The position numbers and the translations under genes are program-made. Below are positions 23,546-34,771 of a stretch of DNA of 64,000 nt, one piece after another. Position 1 is the first letter of the stretch. Each line of letters starts with the position of its first letter. Location: contig OZ038378.1 of the NCBI GenBank assembly GCA_964036045.1, positions 146,010,001 through 146,074,000 on the forward strand, in the 5' to 3' direction. The notes under the pieces were generated by a model. That model was given only the letters and a program-made list of their open reading frames with translations, did no database searches and was not told where the DNA came from. The stretch is from Eutreptiella sp. 'Long Island Sound 2002'. Its lineage: Eukaryota; Protista; Euglenida.

Positions 23546-24952
23546 TGCCCCCATAAGCAAGTTAGAGCCAAAATCTTCAGATATTTGCATTGGGGACATA
23601 AGCATGTGGCCCTTGCAGCCCCTTTCCGCTCCGCCCCTCCCTGAATTTGGGGGGGGGCTTCAAGCGCCAAACGCCCCCCCCCCCCCGTGCGGTTGGCTTG
23701 GTGGACGCGTGTTTGTGGGTGGGTGTTTGCAATTGTTTGAAGCTCCGCAAGCCGCTGTTTTGGCCACACGGTTTCTGTTTCTCGATGCGGCGGGTCGTGT
23801 CGGCCAAAACGCCCCCCCCCCCCCCCCACCAGCCCAGACCCTCCAACCGCCGCACGATCCCGACCAGAGTGACCCGGGGCCCTTCCGGGGAACTCCCCCG
23901 GGGAGGCCCCGCAGACCATCACGACTTTGCCTTTGCCCCCACGACCCATTGCACCCTCCGCCCCCTGCCTGCCCCCCCCTTACCCCTCCGCCCTCCACAT
24001 GGACAACGCCCCCCCGCACGGCCCCGCTGGCCACGCCGCGCCGAGTGTGTGGGGGCGGTGCGCCGTGCGACTCGCGACGACGGGATGGCACCCCCGATCA
24101 GGCGGCCCCTGCCCACGGCCTGCGTCCGATGGCCTCCCCGCGCCTGGGCACTGGGCGCCGTTTGGAGATGCGGACCGTCCGTCAGGCAACGAGCGGCGCG
24201 CGCGGCGCCGGACATCGCCCCGGGACCCCCCCCCTCAACGCACCACCAGAGACGCCCCCATCCCGGTGGGCCCCCACCGGCGGGGGCGACGCTGGGCCCC
24301 ATGGCCCCCGTAGCCTGACCGGCCGTGGCCAACGCCGGGGGTCACCGCCAGACGTTGGCCTGCAGGCCAGTCTGCGCGACGTGACGAGCACGCTCAGTCA
24401 GGGGGGGGGGGGGGGGCAGGGCCACGGCCTCTGTGGAGTCAGGCAGCCCCTGGGCTCCGGCCGCCAAGCGGCTGCTGTGCTGCAGTGCCCCCCCCCCCCC
24501 CCACGGGGCCGTGCTCTTCGGCGGAGAACACGCCGGTACCGCCCCCGCAAACCCCCCGGGGGGCGCACAAGGCCCCAGTCCCGCGCTCTTCTCTGCGCTT
24601 TGGCGGACCCCCCCCCCCGTCTGCAGTCCTCGGCCCCCGGGGCTGCGGGGGGGGGGGGAGTCGCCCTTGTGAAGGCCCCCAGTGCACGCCCCCTCGTCCC
24701 AGACCCACGTCCCGGAACACGGCCCCCCAAAACCCGTTCACATATCCGCAGCGCCACGCCCCCAATACGACCGCGGGGCCGTGGGGGAGAGCAGCCGCCC
24801 CCCCCCCATCTCCCCCGATGCATCGCCGGCCACCGAACGCGACCCGCAAAAGCGGTACAATGGGCAGAGGCGTGCCATGTGCCGCGCCCGGCGCCCGGCG
24901 GACCGTATCCCGAGCCACGGCGCTCGTGTGCCCCGGCGCGCCCCCCCGGCGC

Positions 24953-25414
24953 TCAGTTGCCCTTGGCCTTGCCCTTGGCCTCGTCTTTGGGGGGCGGGGG
25001 GGGCGGGGGGTTCCACTGGTGCATGGCCCGGAACGCCCTCCCCATCGCCACGACGTACCCCAGCCACAGCACCGGCGACGCCCACGTGCCCACAAACAGC
25101 GCGTCGCTCAGGAGCCCGAACGCCGCGCTCAAAGCCACAAGGCCCGCGCAGCCGTACCGCTGCGGGTCCCGCCGCGCCACGGCCCCCGCGCGCCGCGCCG
25201 CCTTCCGGGCCCTTCCGGCCGCGTCCTGCGCCGCGCCCTGGGCCCACAGGACCGACTCCATCGCCTGCCGCCGCGCCTGCCCCAGCGGCGTCCGCTGCGC
25301 GAGGGCCCCGCGGATGTCGGTCACCAGCTGAGCCACCGCGTCGCATGGCTCTATGTCCTGCGCCATGATGGCGTCGTCCAGGGCGTTCTGCAGGTCCCCC
25401 TTTTGCAGACGGGC
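24953..25414 (-). CDS. TPR-domain protein with C-terminal hydrophobic segments, exon 4 of 4
   Basis: Acceptor CTTTCTCAG (25416-25415), phase 0; ARLQKGDLQNALDDAIMAQDIEP completes a TPR; YGCAGLVALSAAFGLLSDALFVGTWASPVLWLGYVVAMG is hydrophobic; ends in basic KDEAKGKAKGN*. Confidence 0.85.
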   Translation of the reverse strand, partial: ARLQKGDLQNALDDAIMAQDIEPCDAVAQLVTDIRGALAQRTPLGQARRQAMESVLWAQGAAQDAAGRARKAARRAGAVARRDPQRYGCAGLVALSAAFGLLSDALFVGTWASPVLWLGYVVAMGRAFRAMHQWNPPPPPPPKDEAKGKAKGN

Positions 25415-25742
25415 CTGAGAAAGCGCAGGGTCTGATGTGGCTTGTGTTGCGTTGTTGTGTGTGTGTGTTGTGGTGTTGTGTGTTGTGGTGTGGGGTGTGC
25501 GATGCAGACGTGCTGCGCGCGTCTGGCACGGAAACTGGTTCTCAGTACGCCCACACAGCACCACAGGCCACTCAGTAATACCCGCCCCCCCGCACCACCA
25601 GAACTCAGTAGGAACGTGCCGCGTGCGGCGAGTGGCTCAGTAGGACCCTGCTCCATCTGATCATGTCTGAGCCGGCAGACGCTGGTGGCACGTCTGGTGC
25701 GGTGCGGTGTGCTCCGGGAACAGGGCAGACCAGGGCCCATAC

Positions 25743-25931
25743 CTGCGCCCGCCGATAGAAGGCCTTCTTGCTGTTGGGGTTCAGCTTGAGGCTGTTGGAG
25801 GCGTCCGTCTCCGCCTTCGCGAAGGCCTTCAGCTTCAGATAACAGGCGCAGCGGTTGTTCAGCAGCACCACGCGTCCCTCGTGGTCCTCCGCCTTCAGGG
25901 CATTGAGGGCCGCGGTGTACAGCATCTCGGC
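25743..25931 (-). CDS. TPR-domain protein, exon 3 of 4
   Basis: Acceptor CCCCACAG, donor CAG|GTATGG; 189 nt, phase 0/0; AEMLYTAALNAL...LLNNRCACYLKLKAFAKAETDASNSLKLNPNSKKAFYRRAQ is classic co-chaperone-type TPR sequence. Confidence 0.92.
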
Positions 25932-26471
25932 CTGTGGGGCGCCGGGGCGGACGGACACCCCCACGCGGCCGTGGCCGGCCCCGCAGCCGCCCCCCCCCCC
26001 CCAGACCTCTACACACATATCCGCGCGGTCAGTTCTCCTGCCGACGGTGTCCGTGTGCAAGTGTACGCGCGGCGCGCAGGGGATTTGTTAATTTGAACAA
26101 AAAAAAAAAGCGGGTGTATCCGGTGATAAGCAAAATCGGCACCGCTCCAACCGATGGCACTTAAGGGGTAACCGACGGTGGTTGGAGTGCAACCGACGGC
26201 GGTTGGAGACAAGGTGCTACTAGGCCGAGACCAGGTTTTTAAACGAAAAACACTTGTCCCCTAAAACACCCCCTGGCGGCGCGTGTGTCTGTGGGGACAA
26301 TAACTGTGGACAGGGGGTGGGGGTTGGGGGGGGGGGGGCACGCCCAGCGCAGGCCCTCATGGATTGCCCTCAGCCGTGTCCCCGTGCGGCAGTCCCGTCG
26401 GTGCACGCTCACAGACGGGGGCGCGTCTGCTCCCCTCACGCCCTCGTACCCCCCGCGGGGCACGGCCGTAC

Positions 26472-27002
26472 CTGCGCGAACTCCTGCCTCCCGAAGCACG
26501 CGTTGGCGTTCCCCTTCAACACCGCGGCCTCCGCGCCGTCGGCCCCAGCGGGCGCCCTCTTCGGCGCAGTCTTGGGGGCCGGGGAGGGCCCGGTCGCCGC
26601 GGTGCCGGGGGCCGCGGAGCGCCCGGGCGTCGTCGGGGCCGTGGCGGCGGCTCCGGACGGGCGGTCCGGCCCCGGCGGCGGAGGCGCGCGTGCGGACTTC
26701 GGGGGCCGCGGCAGACGGCCGGTGCGCGGCCGGCCGAACTTCAGGTCGCGGGCCTCCAGGAGGTCATCGACGGCCAGGCAGCCGGTCTTCTTCGCGTGGC
26801 GGTAGTGCAGGACCGCGGACCAGAAGGCGTGGATCTCCGTGCAGAAGGCCCGCATGGCGGCCGAGGGGGTCCCGCACAGCCCCGCGTAGTGCGCGAACAC
26901 GGCGTCCACGGCGTCGGGCGGGCGGTACGCCACCAGATCCACGTGCTCGTCCCCGTGGGGCCCGATCCACGTCACGCTCGTGCGGTCGCACACCTGCGAG
27001 TC
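26472..27002 (-). CDS. TPR-domain protein, exon 2 of 4
   Basis: Acceptor TGCCGCAG (alternative in-phase AG 9 nt downstream), donor CAG|GTACGG; 531 nt; ends in AAVLKGNANACFGRQEFAQ (first TPR helix). Confidence 0.85.
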
Positions 27003-29333
27003 CTGCGGCACAAAGGCCGGGGGTCGAGGGGGTTGGGCCCCACGGTGCGCCCGGGAGGGCAAGGGGCGGGGGCTAGGGCTACGGGGGTGTCGCAGCGGCA
27101 TCGCACGCGGTACCGCGCGCTTCAGTACATGCGGTGGTTGCTGCTGGTGCTGCTGGTGTATTGACTGCTACCAAACCCGACAACATCTCAGAATTTAGAA
27201 ATAACAATTTCTGTCTTTGGTCTTTGTGCCATCTGCAAGCGAAAGAATATCAGAGATGGCCAGTACCCTAGCGGTATGTTTGTTGGATTCATAACTCTGA
27301 AGGGCGGGGGTTCAAATCCCACGGTGCACATTTCTATGGCCTGCAGCGGACTGTTGTTTCGTCCGCGAACAAAGTCCTACACAACAATCGGAAGACCATT
27401 GCACAGGCGAACCCACGCAAAACACTAGGCCCGTTCGGACGTCACCATCGAAGGAGGAAAACATAATCGCCGCCTTGGTGCCAAGACTCCGGCAAATGAT
27501 GGGCATGACCTACGTGGCGGCCGGCGGGGGCGGCCGGCGGGGGCGGCCGGCGGGGGCGGGGGGGCGTTGGGGTCGGGTCTCTGAACAGGCAGCCCCGCGT
27601 GATAGCGACACGGACACTTTGAATGCGCAATGCCCCCTGCAGCCCACAGGCACACCACCCCCAGTGCCCCCCCAAACATTTGTTGTGACTGCCCAAATAC
27701 AACGGGTGCCCCCCCCCCATTCCCGGAGGTCACCCCCTACGACCGCCTTTGTGCCACATTTGTTGTGACCGACCGGCGTTCTGCGTGGGTGGGGCTTGCG
27801 TGGCCCTGCGCCCGGGCCCCCTGTACGGCCGCAGGACGGGGCTGTGGCTGCGGCCTGGGGCCGGCTCATGCTCCGGAGGGGCTGAGCACGCGCCGCACTG
27901 ATACATCGCCGGAGGACGGGCCTGACGCGGGCGGGGGGGGGGGGTCAACTCTGGAGAACTTGCGAGGGCTGGGGCCCCACAGCGGAGGGGAGTTCCATGG
28001 CCACAGCCTCCCTGTCGTATCGGGGGGGGGGGGGGGACGCAGGGCACACGCGGTGTCTGGGGGGGCCATGCGGTGGGGGGGGGGGGGGCAGGGGGGGGGG
28101 TGTCTGTCGCAGGGGCCCTCACGGGCCCTTGTGGGGGCGGCCAAAGGGGCAGCGCCGGCCGGGACTGGATGGCCCCCGGGCCCCGCAGCCCATGGGCCTC
28201 CGGGAACAGTCGACATAAAACGGTGTCCCCCCTCCCCCTCCCCCTCCCTTTCCCTCCCCCCCTCCGCCCGCAGGCGCTCCCACGGGCCGCTCTCCATCCG
28301 CCACCCCTCCTCCGCCGCGCGCGCCCCTGCGGCCGAGCGGTGGCTGCGCGACCGGGACGCCGCAGGGGCGCGCGCGTCCCGGTCGCACAGCCACCGCTCG
28401 GCCGCCTCGCGCACCGAGACCCCACGAGCGGTAGCGGCCCCGGCGCACTGTTCCTCAGACGTCGCAAGGGCCGTGCACATGGCCCCTTTCATGATCGACA
28501 CCAGCGGGTGCCCCACCCCCCATCTCCACGCAACCCCCGCCGCCCCCCACCCCAAATCCTCAGCACCTCATGCCCCTTCACAGACACCGCTGAAGGTGGG
28601 CCATACTGGAGGGGGGGGAGGGGGGGGGCTGGGCACATGTCATTCCTTTTCGCCTGCTCGACGGGTCTCTGAGGGGGGGGGGGGTACGCGAGGGGGGGGA
28701 GGGGGGGTCGCCCTGGGTCAGGGCCGGGGGGGCCACAATGGACCCCCCCCCCGCCCCACACGAAGAGGCACACGATGTGTGGAGGCGGGGGCATGGGACG
28801 CCGCGCGTGCGCGGGGCAACTCCCGAGGCGCACCGTGTGACGCCCCTGCCCGTCGTTGTGTTGGAGGACGGGGGCCATCCCCCCGAAGCCCCGCACTCCC
28901 GGGCCCCTCTCGCCCCCTCCACCGACCCCCAGTGGACCCCCTGGACGCATCCTGGGGACCTCCGCAGATCGATCAACGAGAGAAAAGGGGGGGGGGGTCT
29001 GGGCCCCCACTTGTGCTCTGCGCCGATGGTCTGTGTCAGAGCGACGCGGGGGACCCCCCGTTGCACCGGGGCGTCGGGGCCACGCGGGGGTCCCCCGGGG
29101 CACATCGCCCAACGGCTGCCCTGCGGCCCATGCCCCGGAAACGCGGAGGCGTGCGCCGCCCTCAACGCACCCCCCCGGCCCCCGGGGCCTGGGCCCCACC
29201 CCCTCAAAGGGCGCCGAGCCTCCCCCCCCCCCCCCCCCGTCCCCCCCCCCCCGTGCCCCCCCCCCCCCCCCAAAACCCACGGGACCGGGGCGCCGGAGGG
29301 AAGGGCACTGCCGAGGCGCCGGGCGGGACATAC

Positions 29334-29441
29334 GAAGGGGCTCGGGCCCGTCCAGTGCTCGTCGCCAAACTGATAGTCACCGGCGGTGGCGGCGTGCAGC
29401 CGGTGGACCCCAATGTCCTGCTCCTGCGGACTGGGCTCCAT
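29334..29441 (-). CDS. TPR-domain protein, probable exon 1 of 4 (spliced product 429 aa)
   Basis: AG at 29461-29460 lies 18 nt before the in-frame ATG; MEPSPQEQDIGVHRLHAATAGDYQFGDEHWTGPSPF then donor TTC|GTATG, phase 0 matching exon 2. An extra exon within 27003-29333 cannot be excluded. Confidence 0.65.
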
Positions 29442-30155
29442 CACCGCTGGGCCATGGGTCTGCGCAGTGGACACGATGCGGGGCACGTATCCCCCTCCCC
29501 CCCCCCCCCCCCAAACACAGCGCACAGCAACACACGCCCGGAGGCGGCGGTGTGGGGCCCCGCATGCCTCACGAGTCCCAAGAGGCGATCGCAGTTCAGT
29601 GAGACATGTGGTGGTGCTCCCTGGGTACTCGGTACAAGGCCTCCACCATTACCCACGCCCATCCCACGTCCCCTCCCCCCCCCCCTCCCCCTCCCTCCCC
29701 GTCTCTGCGCAGCGCTGTGCTATTGTTGCGTCGGGTCCGCCCAAAGACTGTACTGCCGCAAGAAGCGGACAAGGCCTGGGGGGGGGGGGTAAAACTTAGT
29801 ACCAGACGACGTAAAACTGAGTAAAAACTTTGTAGAAACGAGGTAAAACGTAGCAGATAAAACAATTTTCACAAAGATTTTTGAGGAAAATTTTTTGTTA
29901 CTGAGTTTTGCCTCGTTTCTACTAAGTTTTACCATAACCCCCCCCTCCCCAGTTTTACTAAGGAACTGGACCCTTGGATGGTATGTGGTACTTGTGTTTA
30001 AGGGCACAAAGCCCGGGGGAGCCCCCACCCGTGCGCCACTCAACACGGGGTTTGTGTGTGGCGCGGCCAGTCTCGCATCAGTGGGCGCGTGGGGACCATC
30101 CGGCCATTGCTGATGGCCCCTGATCCGCATCGCAGGATGATGCACAGCACCAACC

Positions 30156-30355
30156 NNNNNNNNNNNNNNNNNNNNNNNNNNNNNNNNNNNNNNNNNNNNN
30201 NNNNNNNNNNNNNNNNNNNNNNNNNNNNNNNNNNNNNNNNNNNNNNNNNNNNNNNNNNNNNNNNNNNNNNNNNNNNNNNNNNNNNNNNNNNNNNNNNNNN
30301 NNNNNNNNNNNNNNNNNNNNNNNNNNNNNNNNNNNNNNNNNNNNNNNNNNNNNNN
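30156..30355. other. Assembly gap (200 N)
   Basis: Run of exactly 200 N; true size and orientation across it unknown. Confidence 0.99.
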
Positions 30356-30960
30356 GACAAGGAAGCAGGCGGGTAATTCGGAAACCAGGGTTCGTACAAA
30401 ACAGGTGAAGGCACGTGCTGCTACCCTTAACCGACTGCGTGGAATCACAGGGGAAGGGGACGCTGCAATGGGCCGCCATAATATTTCCGTTTGGACCTGT
30501 GATTTTGCTTTGCCTATGAGGTATAAAAGGGCGAGACGTGACGGGACGTGACTGACGGGACGGAAGGATGGGGGTCTGCCACTGGGCGGGCGAGGGCTCC
30601 CTGGGGTCCGTGAGGCCTCTGCGTGGAACGGAGGGAGGGAGGGTAAGGCCCCCCGGACAGGGACTGGGCTGGGGATGGGGGGGCCCCCCCCTTCCCGCAT
30701 GCAGCCGTTCGCACGGGCCGCGGCATCCGCCCCTCGTCGTGCTCCCCCCGCCCCCCGTCCCCCAGCGATGCGTTGGAAGGGGGGCCGCCCCCCTCCAGGG
30801 CGCCCAGCCTATGCCCAGCCACTGTCCCAGTGCCACAGTAACCGCCCCCAACCGCTTTGGCAACCCCCTCCAACCGCCTGCCTAACCGCCCCCGGGGTCG
30901 CCTCGGAGGCCCCTTCCCTTCCACCGCATCCCCCACCCGCCCCCCTCCCCACGCCCGCAG

Positions 30961-31208
30961 GCAGTTGGGCGGTGTGCCAGTCCCCGAAGGCGGCGCAGGC
31001 CAGCGCCCTGTGGAAGCAGGCGCGGAAGGAGGCGGACGGGATGGGCATGCCCTTCCTCGCGGCGCGGGCCCAGCAGCTGCTGGGCCTGCACGCGCTGGAC
31101 CAGACCTCGGGGGACCGGCGGGCCTTCCTCTCGCAGGCCAGGGCGGACTTCGAGCGCATTGGGGCCCTGGGCTGGGCCCACCCCCGCCACTGGGCCATGC
31201 CCCTCTGA
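30961..31208 (+). CDS. Orphan terminal exon; helical C-terminus like those of AAA-ATPase/adenylate-cyclase (ADCY10-type) proteins
   Basis: Pyrimidine-rich acceptor CCCGCAG (30959-30960); near-complete GC3 bias; ALWKQARKEADGMGMPFLAARAQQLLG...RRAFLSQARADFERIGA*. Family assignment is from recalled pattern only. Confidence 0.65.
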
Positions 31209-32388
31209 CTGCCCCCTTTTGGGGGGGGGGCGGGGGGGGGGGCGTTGCTTGGCAGAGGGCACCGCCTCCGACCCCCCCCCCCCCCGTCCCACTGATCGGC
31301 CCCAGACCCCCCCCCCCCCCCACACGCCCCACACCCGCGAGGGCCATGCCCCTCCGCCCGCACCGGGTCCCGTGCGGGCGTGCCACGGCACTAATGCCGT
31401 CCACCGGCGAAGGGGGGGGTGCCGGGCCGGGGGCGTGGCGTCCTTCCTCCGAACTACAGCCAATGGGGCTTCTCGATCAAGTGCTTGTATGTGACTTGTA
31501 TGTGGGTGGAGGGCATAGACCCCCCCCCCGGGGGGGGGGGGTTGGGTGGGTGGGTGGGTGGATGGGTGGGTGGGTGGGTGGCTGAGACCTGGCCGAGGCC
31601 CAAACTAACCCCCCCCCTCCCCCCGGGGTCAGTAAGCAATAGCAGGGTGCCGGCCTTCGCCTCCACTGCGCAGATCCGAGTGCACTGGGCCTTATCAAAA
31701 GGGGTGGGGGGGGGGGGTCCCGAGGGTTTGGTATGGGGACTGCCGGGGGGGGGGGGGGGGCGGGGCAAAGAGCCCCCGAAAACGGGGGGCGTTCGGGAAC
31801 AGGGCTGTTCTGAATTCTGCCGCCGAAATTGTTTGAGCACTGAAAACGGTCCCAATGGTACCGACCCCCCCTTCTCTTCCCCCCCCCCGCCTCCCCCGCA
31901 AACGAAAGCCCCCCCCCCCCCCCCCGCCCCCAAACGTGCCCGGGCCTGACCTTTGGAGGCCCGGCCCCGCGCGCCCGTACGGCGACGGGGCATCCGCGAG
32001 TGAACGCCCCCCCCCCCCCCCGGCGCCCTCCCTCACGGGGACGGGCATGGCCCGGGGGGACAACGGCCCCTCAGGGGCAAGCCCCTGCCCTCTCCCTCCG
32101 CCCCCCTTCCACGGCGCCCAGCCTATGCCCAGCCACTGTCCCCCGTGACGCCAAGTGCCAGTTTGCATGGCATTTGTAACCGACAGTAACCGCCCCCAAC
32201 CGCTTCGGCAGCCTCCTCTAACCGCCCGTCTAACCGCCTCTGGGGCCGCCTCAGAGGTCCCTTCCCTTCTCACGCATCCCTACCCAGACCCCCCCCCCCC
32301 CTCCTCTAATACTTCTCTGCGAGGGCCCTCCACAGCTCAAGACCCGCAAAAGAGGGGGGTCCTCCCTCTCTCCCTCTGCTTCGGGGGT

Positions 32389-32660
32389 GCAGACGCGGTC
32401 CTCGGGGCCGACGCGCACCCCCTCGTCCCTTGACCCACGGCCCCCCTCAGACCTCTGACCACGTGCCCTCCGAAGGCGATGGGGGGTGCGCCGTGTCCGT
32501 TTCTGCGAAGGGGCCGGGGCCGTGGCGGTGGTCCTGCCCCCCCCCCCCCCCCCCCCAATGGCCCACGGCACAGCCCCCCCCTCTTGTCCCGCTGACCTGC
32601 GGCATGACCCCCCCCCTCTGCCCCCGCCCGCACCACCGCCTCGTCTAAGGGACCCGCTGC
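32389..32660. repeat. Dispersed ~270-bp repeat, second copy ~37807-38105
   Basis: Near-identical GGGGCCGACGCGCACCCCCTCGTCCCTTGACCCACGGCCCCCCTCAGACCTCTGACCACGTGCCCTCCGAAGGCGATGG in both. Confidence 0.9.
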
Positions 32661-32922
32661 CACCGGCCCATTCCCCCTCCCGCCCAACGCCCTTCAGCCG
32701 CGGGTTGGGGGGCCGGGAGGCGGGTACGGCCTTCATTTGGTTTTGCCGCAAGGAGGACCCCCCCCTCCCCCCAGACCAAAGTGGACATCGCGAGAAAAAC
32801 GAAATGTGCCGTTGTGAAAATCGGGTTGGGCCATTTGTGGTACACAAACTTTAGGGGCCCAGCCCCCCCCCCCCCCTTCGCCTTTACGCAGCCCTGGGCC
32901 GTGTCCATCTGAGGGCACTCAC

Positions 32923-33058
32923 CCCCCGCCCCTCGTTGCCTCCCGCTGATGGGGCACGCGTGCGGGCGTTGAAGGCGCACTGGGCCTGCCAGAGGCCGTG
33001 TCACGCGGTCGCCCGGCACACGCCCGACGCGCCGTCCGCCGGGCTGGAGGCGCCAGAC
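32923..33058 (-). other. Candidate internal exon of an unresolved minus-strand gene
   Basis: GGCCAG acceptor (33060-33059) and strong GG|GTGAGT donor (32922-32921) bound a GC-rich 136-nt block; reading frame and partner exons not resolved. Confidence 0.35.
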
Positions 33059-33916
33059 CTGGCCACAACACACGGCCGCATCGGCGCGGGGGCATGGGGC
33101 GCGGGGGGGGGGGGCGGGCGGACTGGGGGGGGTGGCGATCGCCGGGGGCCCACGTGCCATGAGGCGTTGTGGGGCGGCGTATCGGAGGGGGCGGGGCCCG
33201 GGCCTTTGCTTAGTGGCTGGTCGATACTGGGGGTTGGGGGGGGGGGGGGGGCGCTCAGAGGCCAAAACAAAGTTTTTGGATCTAAAATCAACCTCCAAGT
33301 CCGGGCTTTTGTGATAATTTCCCTCTTTTTCCCGAGGACAAATGTTCTGATGCGGTTGGAGGGGGGGGGTCAACCCCCCCTCCCCGTGTCACGAAGCAAA
33401 GGCCTGCCCCTGCGCCCCCCTGCCCCCCTGACCCCTGCGAGGCCCCCAGGCCCGCCTCACTCCCCTGCCCCCCCCCCCCCCCTCCCAGACCATGACCGCG
33501 GGGCACTGCCTCCTGATCAGTGGGGCTGTGCCCAACGGAAGTGAAGGGGGGCTGCTGCAGTGTGGGCCCCTGTGCCACCGCCACCACCGAGGCCCTTCCA
33601 TGGCGATGCCCCCCCCCCCCCCCCGCTGGGGGGGGGATGGGCCCTGGCGTGAGTTCGACGACAGCCCCATGGGGTAGCACAACCATCCCCCCGTGCGGGA
33701 ATCCCGGATTCCCCGTCTTGCCCCGTACAGTCGCCCGTTCAGTGGGTTCTCGGAACCGTGACGCAGAAATAGGCAGTCTGGGCACCCGTTTGTCCCTCTT
33801 TTCTGCCTCCCCGCGTGTTGTTGACCAGACGCCTTGCAGTATGTGCCACTCCGAGAATTTTGACACTGTTGATTTGTTGTCTTGGGCGAGGCGGGAACGC
33901 CGCTGCCCGTCCGGCC

Positions 33917-34261
33917 CCACTCTACCCCCTCCTTCACGGGGCTTTGCTGGGGCCATCACTGCTCCGGTGTTCAGCGGATGCGCGTAGACAAGGCCCGTGT
34001 CGGCGGGGCCGTCCCTGGGGAATGCGACTCATCGTTTGTTGGTTTGTTTTGTTTTGTTCTTCCGCTCAGGACGGCCCTTGAGTATTGGTGGCGGGATTTG
34101 GCCACCCAACGGCAGTGGACACACAACCGACGGCGGTTGGGGTTCAACCGACGGCGGTTGATGGCCAACCGACAGCAGTTACTCGCCGTCTGGCACTCTA
34201 CGGAGCTCCAAGCGTATCCACCCCCCCCCCCCCCTTTCTGGCCTTAACGACAGCCGGTACG
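33917..34261. repeat. ~340-bp direct duplication, second copy ~35541-35878
   Basis: Near-identical blocks, both including AACCGACGGCGGTTG units. Confidence 0.9.
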
Positions 34262-34412
34262 ACACGAAGCGGTGTTACCGCCCTGTGGAGTGTGCTGACC
34301 GTTGTTCTTGCACGGGCGGGGCGGGGGGGGGGGATATGGCTTGCGCGTCCCTGGGTTTCACGGACCCCGCGCTGATGTCCGATTCGCGTGTCGTTCGGAG
34401 CAATTTGCAGTG

Positions 34413-34771
34413 TAAGGTAAGGTAAGGTAAGGTAAGGTAAGGTAAGGTAAGGTAAGGTAAGGTAAGGTAAGGTAAGGTAAGGTAAGGTAAGGTAAGGTAA
34501 GGTAAGGTAAGGTAAGGTAAGGTAAGGTAAGGTAAGGTAAGGTAAGGTAAGGTAAGGTAAGGTAAGGTAAAGGTCAGGTAAGGTACTTGGGCGTGCCCCA
34601 AGCTCCAGCGTAACGTTACCCTCCTTATCCCTCGCAGCACCCCTTCCGGCTCGTGGGGTCCCAGACACCCCAGCGCCGAGGGCACTGCGTTCCCGCTTAT
34701 GGGTCCACCAGGATTCGAGCCAAGCACCTCCAGTTCAGGCGTCACGTGCATGACGGCTGAACCACGCGACC
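34413..34771 (-). mobile_element. tRNA-derived SINE with (CCTTA)n tail and 15-bp target-site duplication
   Basis: Minus strand from 34771: GGTCGCGTGGTTCAGCCG (A-box-like)...GGCTCGAATCC (B-box-like)...GGACCCA, 72 nt; ~115-bp body; ~31 CCTTA units. Flanks GAGCAATTTGCAGTG (34398-34412) and GAGCAACTTGCAGTG (34777-34791). Confidence 0.8.

Noticed and set aside
22791-25331. 846-aa plus-strand ORF and similar long G/P/R-rich ORFs between 12 and 33 kb
   Set aside because: Low-complexity products of GC-rich repeats or antisense to real exons; no domain signal or codon bias.
33001-33003. In-frame TGA in the candidate exon as selenocysteine or readthrough
   Set aside because: The other two minus-strand frames are open and similarly GC3-rich, so the TGA frame is not required; no SECIS identified.
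34413-34585. (TAAGG)n as a telomere; (LTLPY)n ORFs
   Set aside because: Internal position, not TTAGGG, and explained as the SINE tail.
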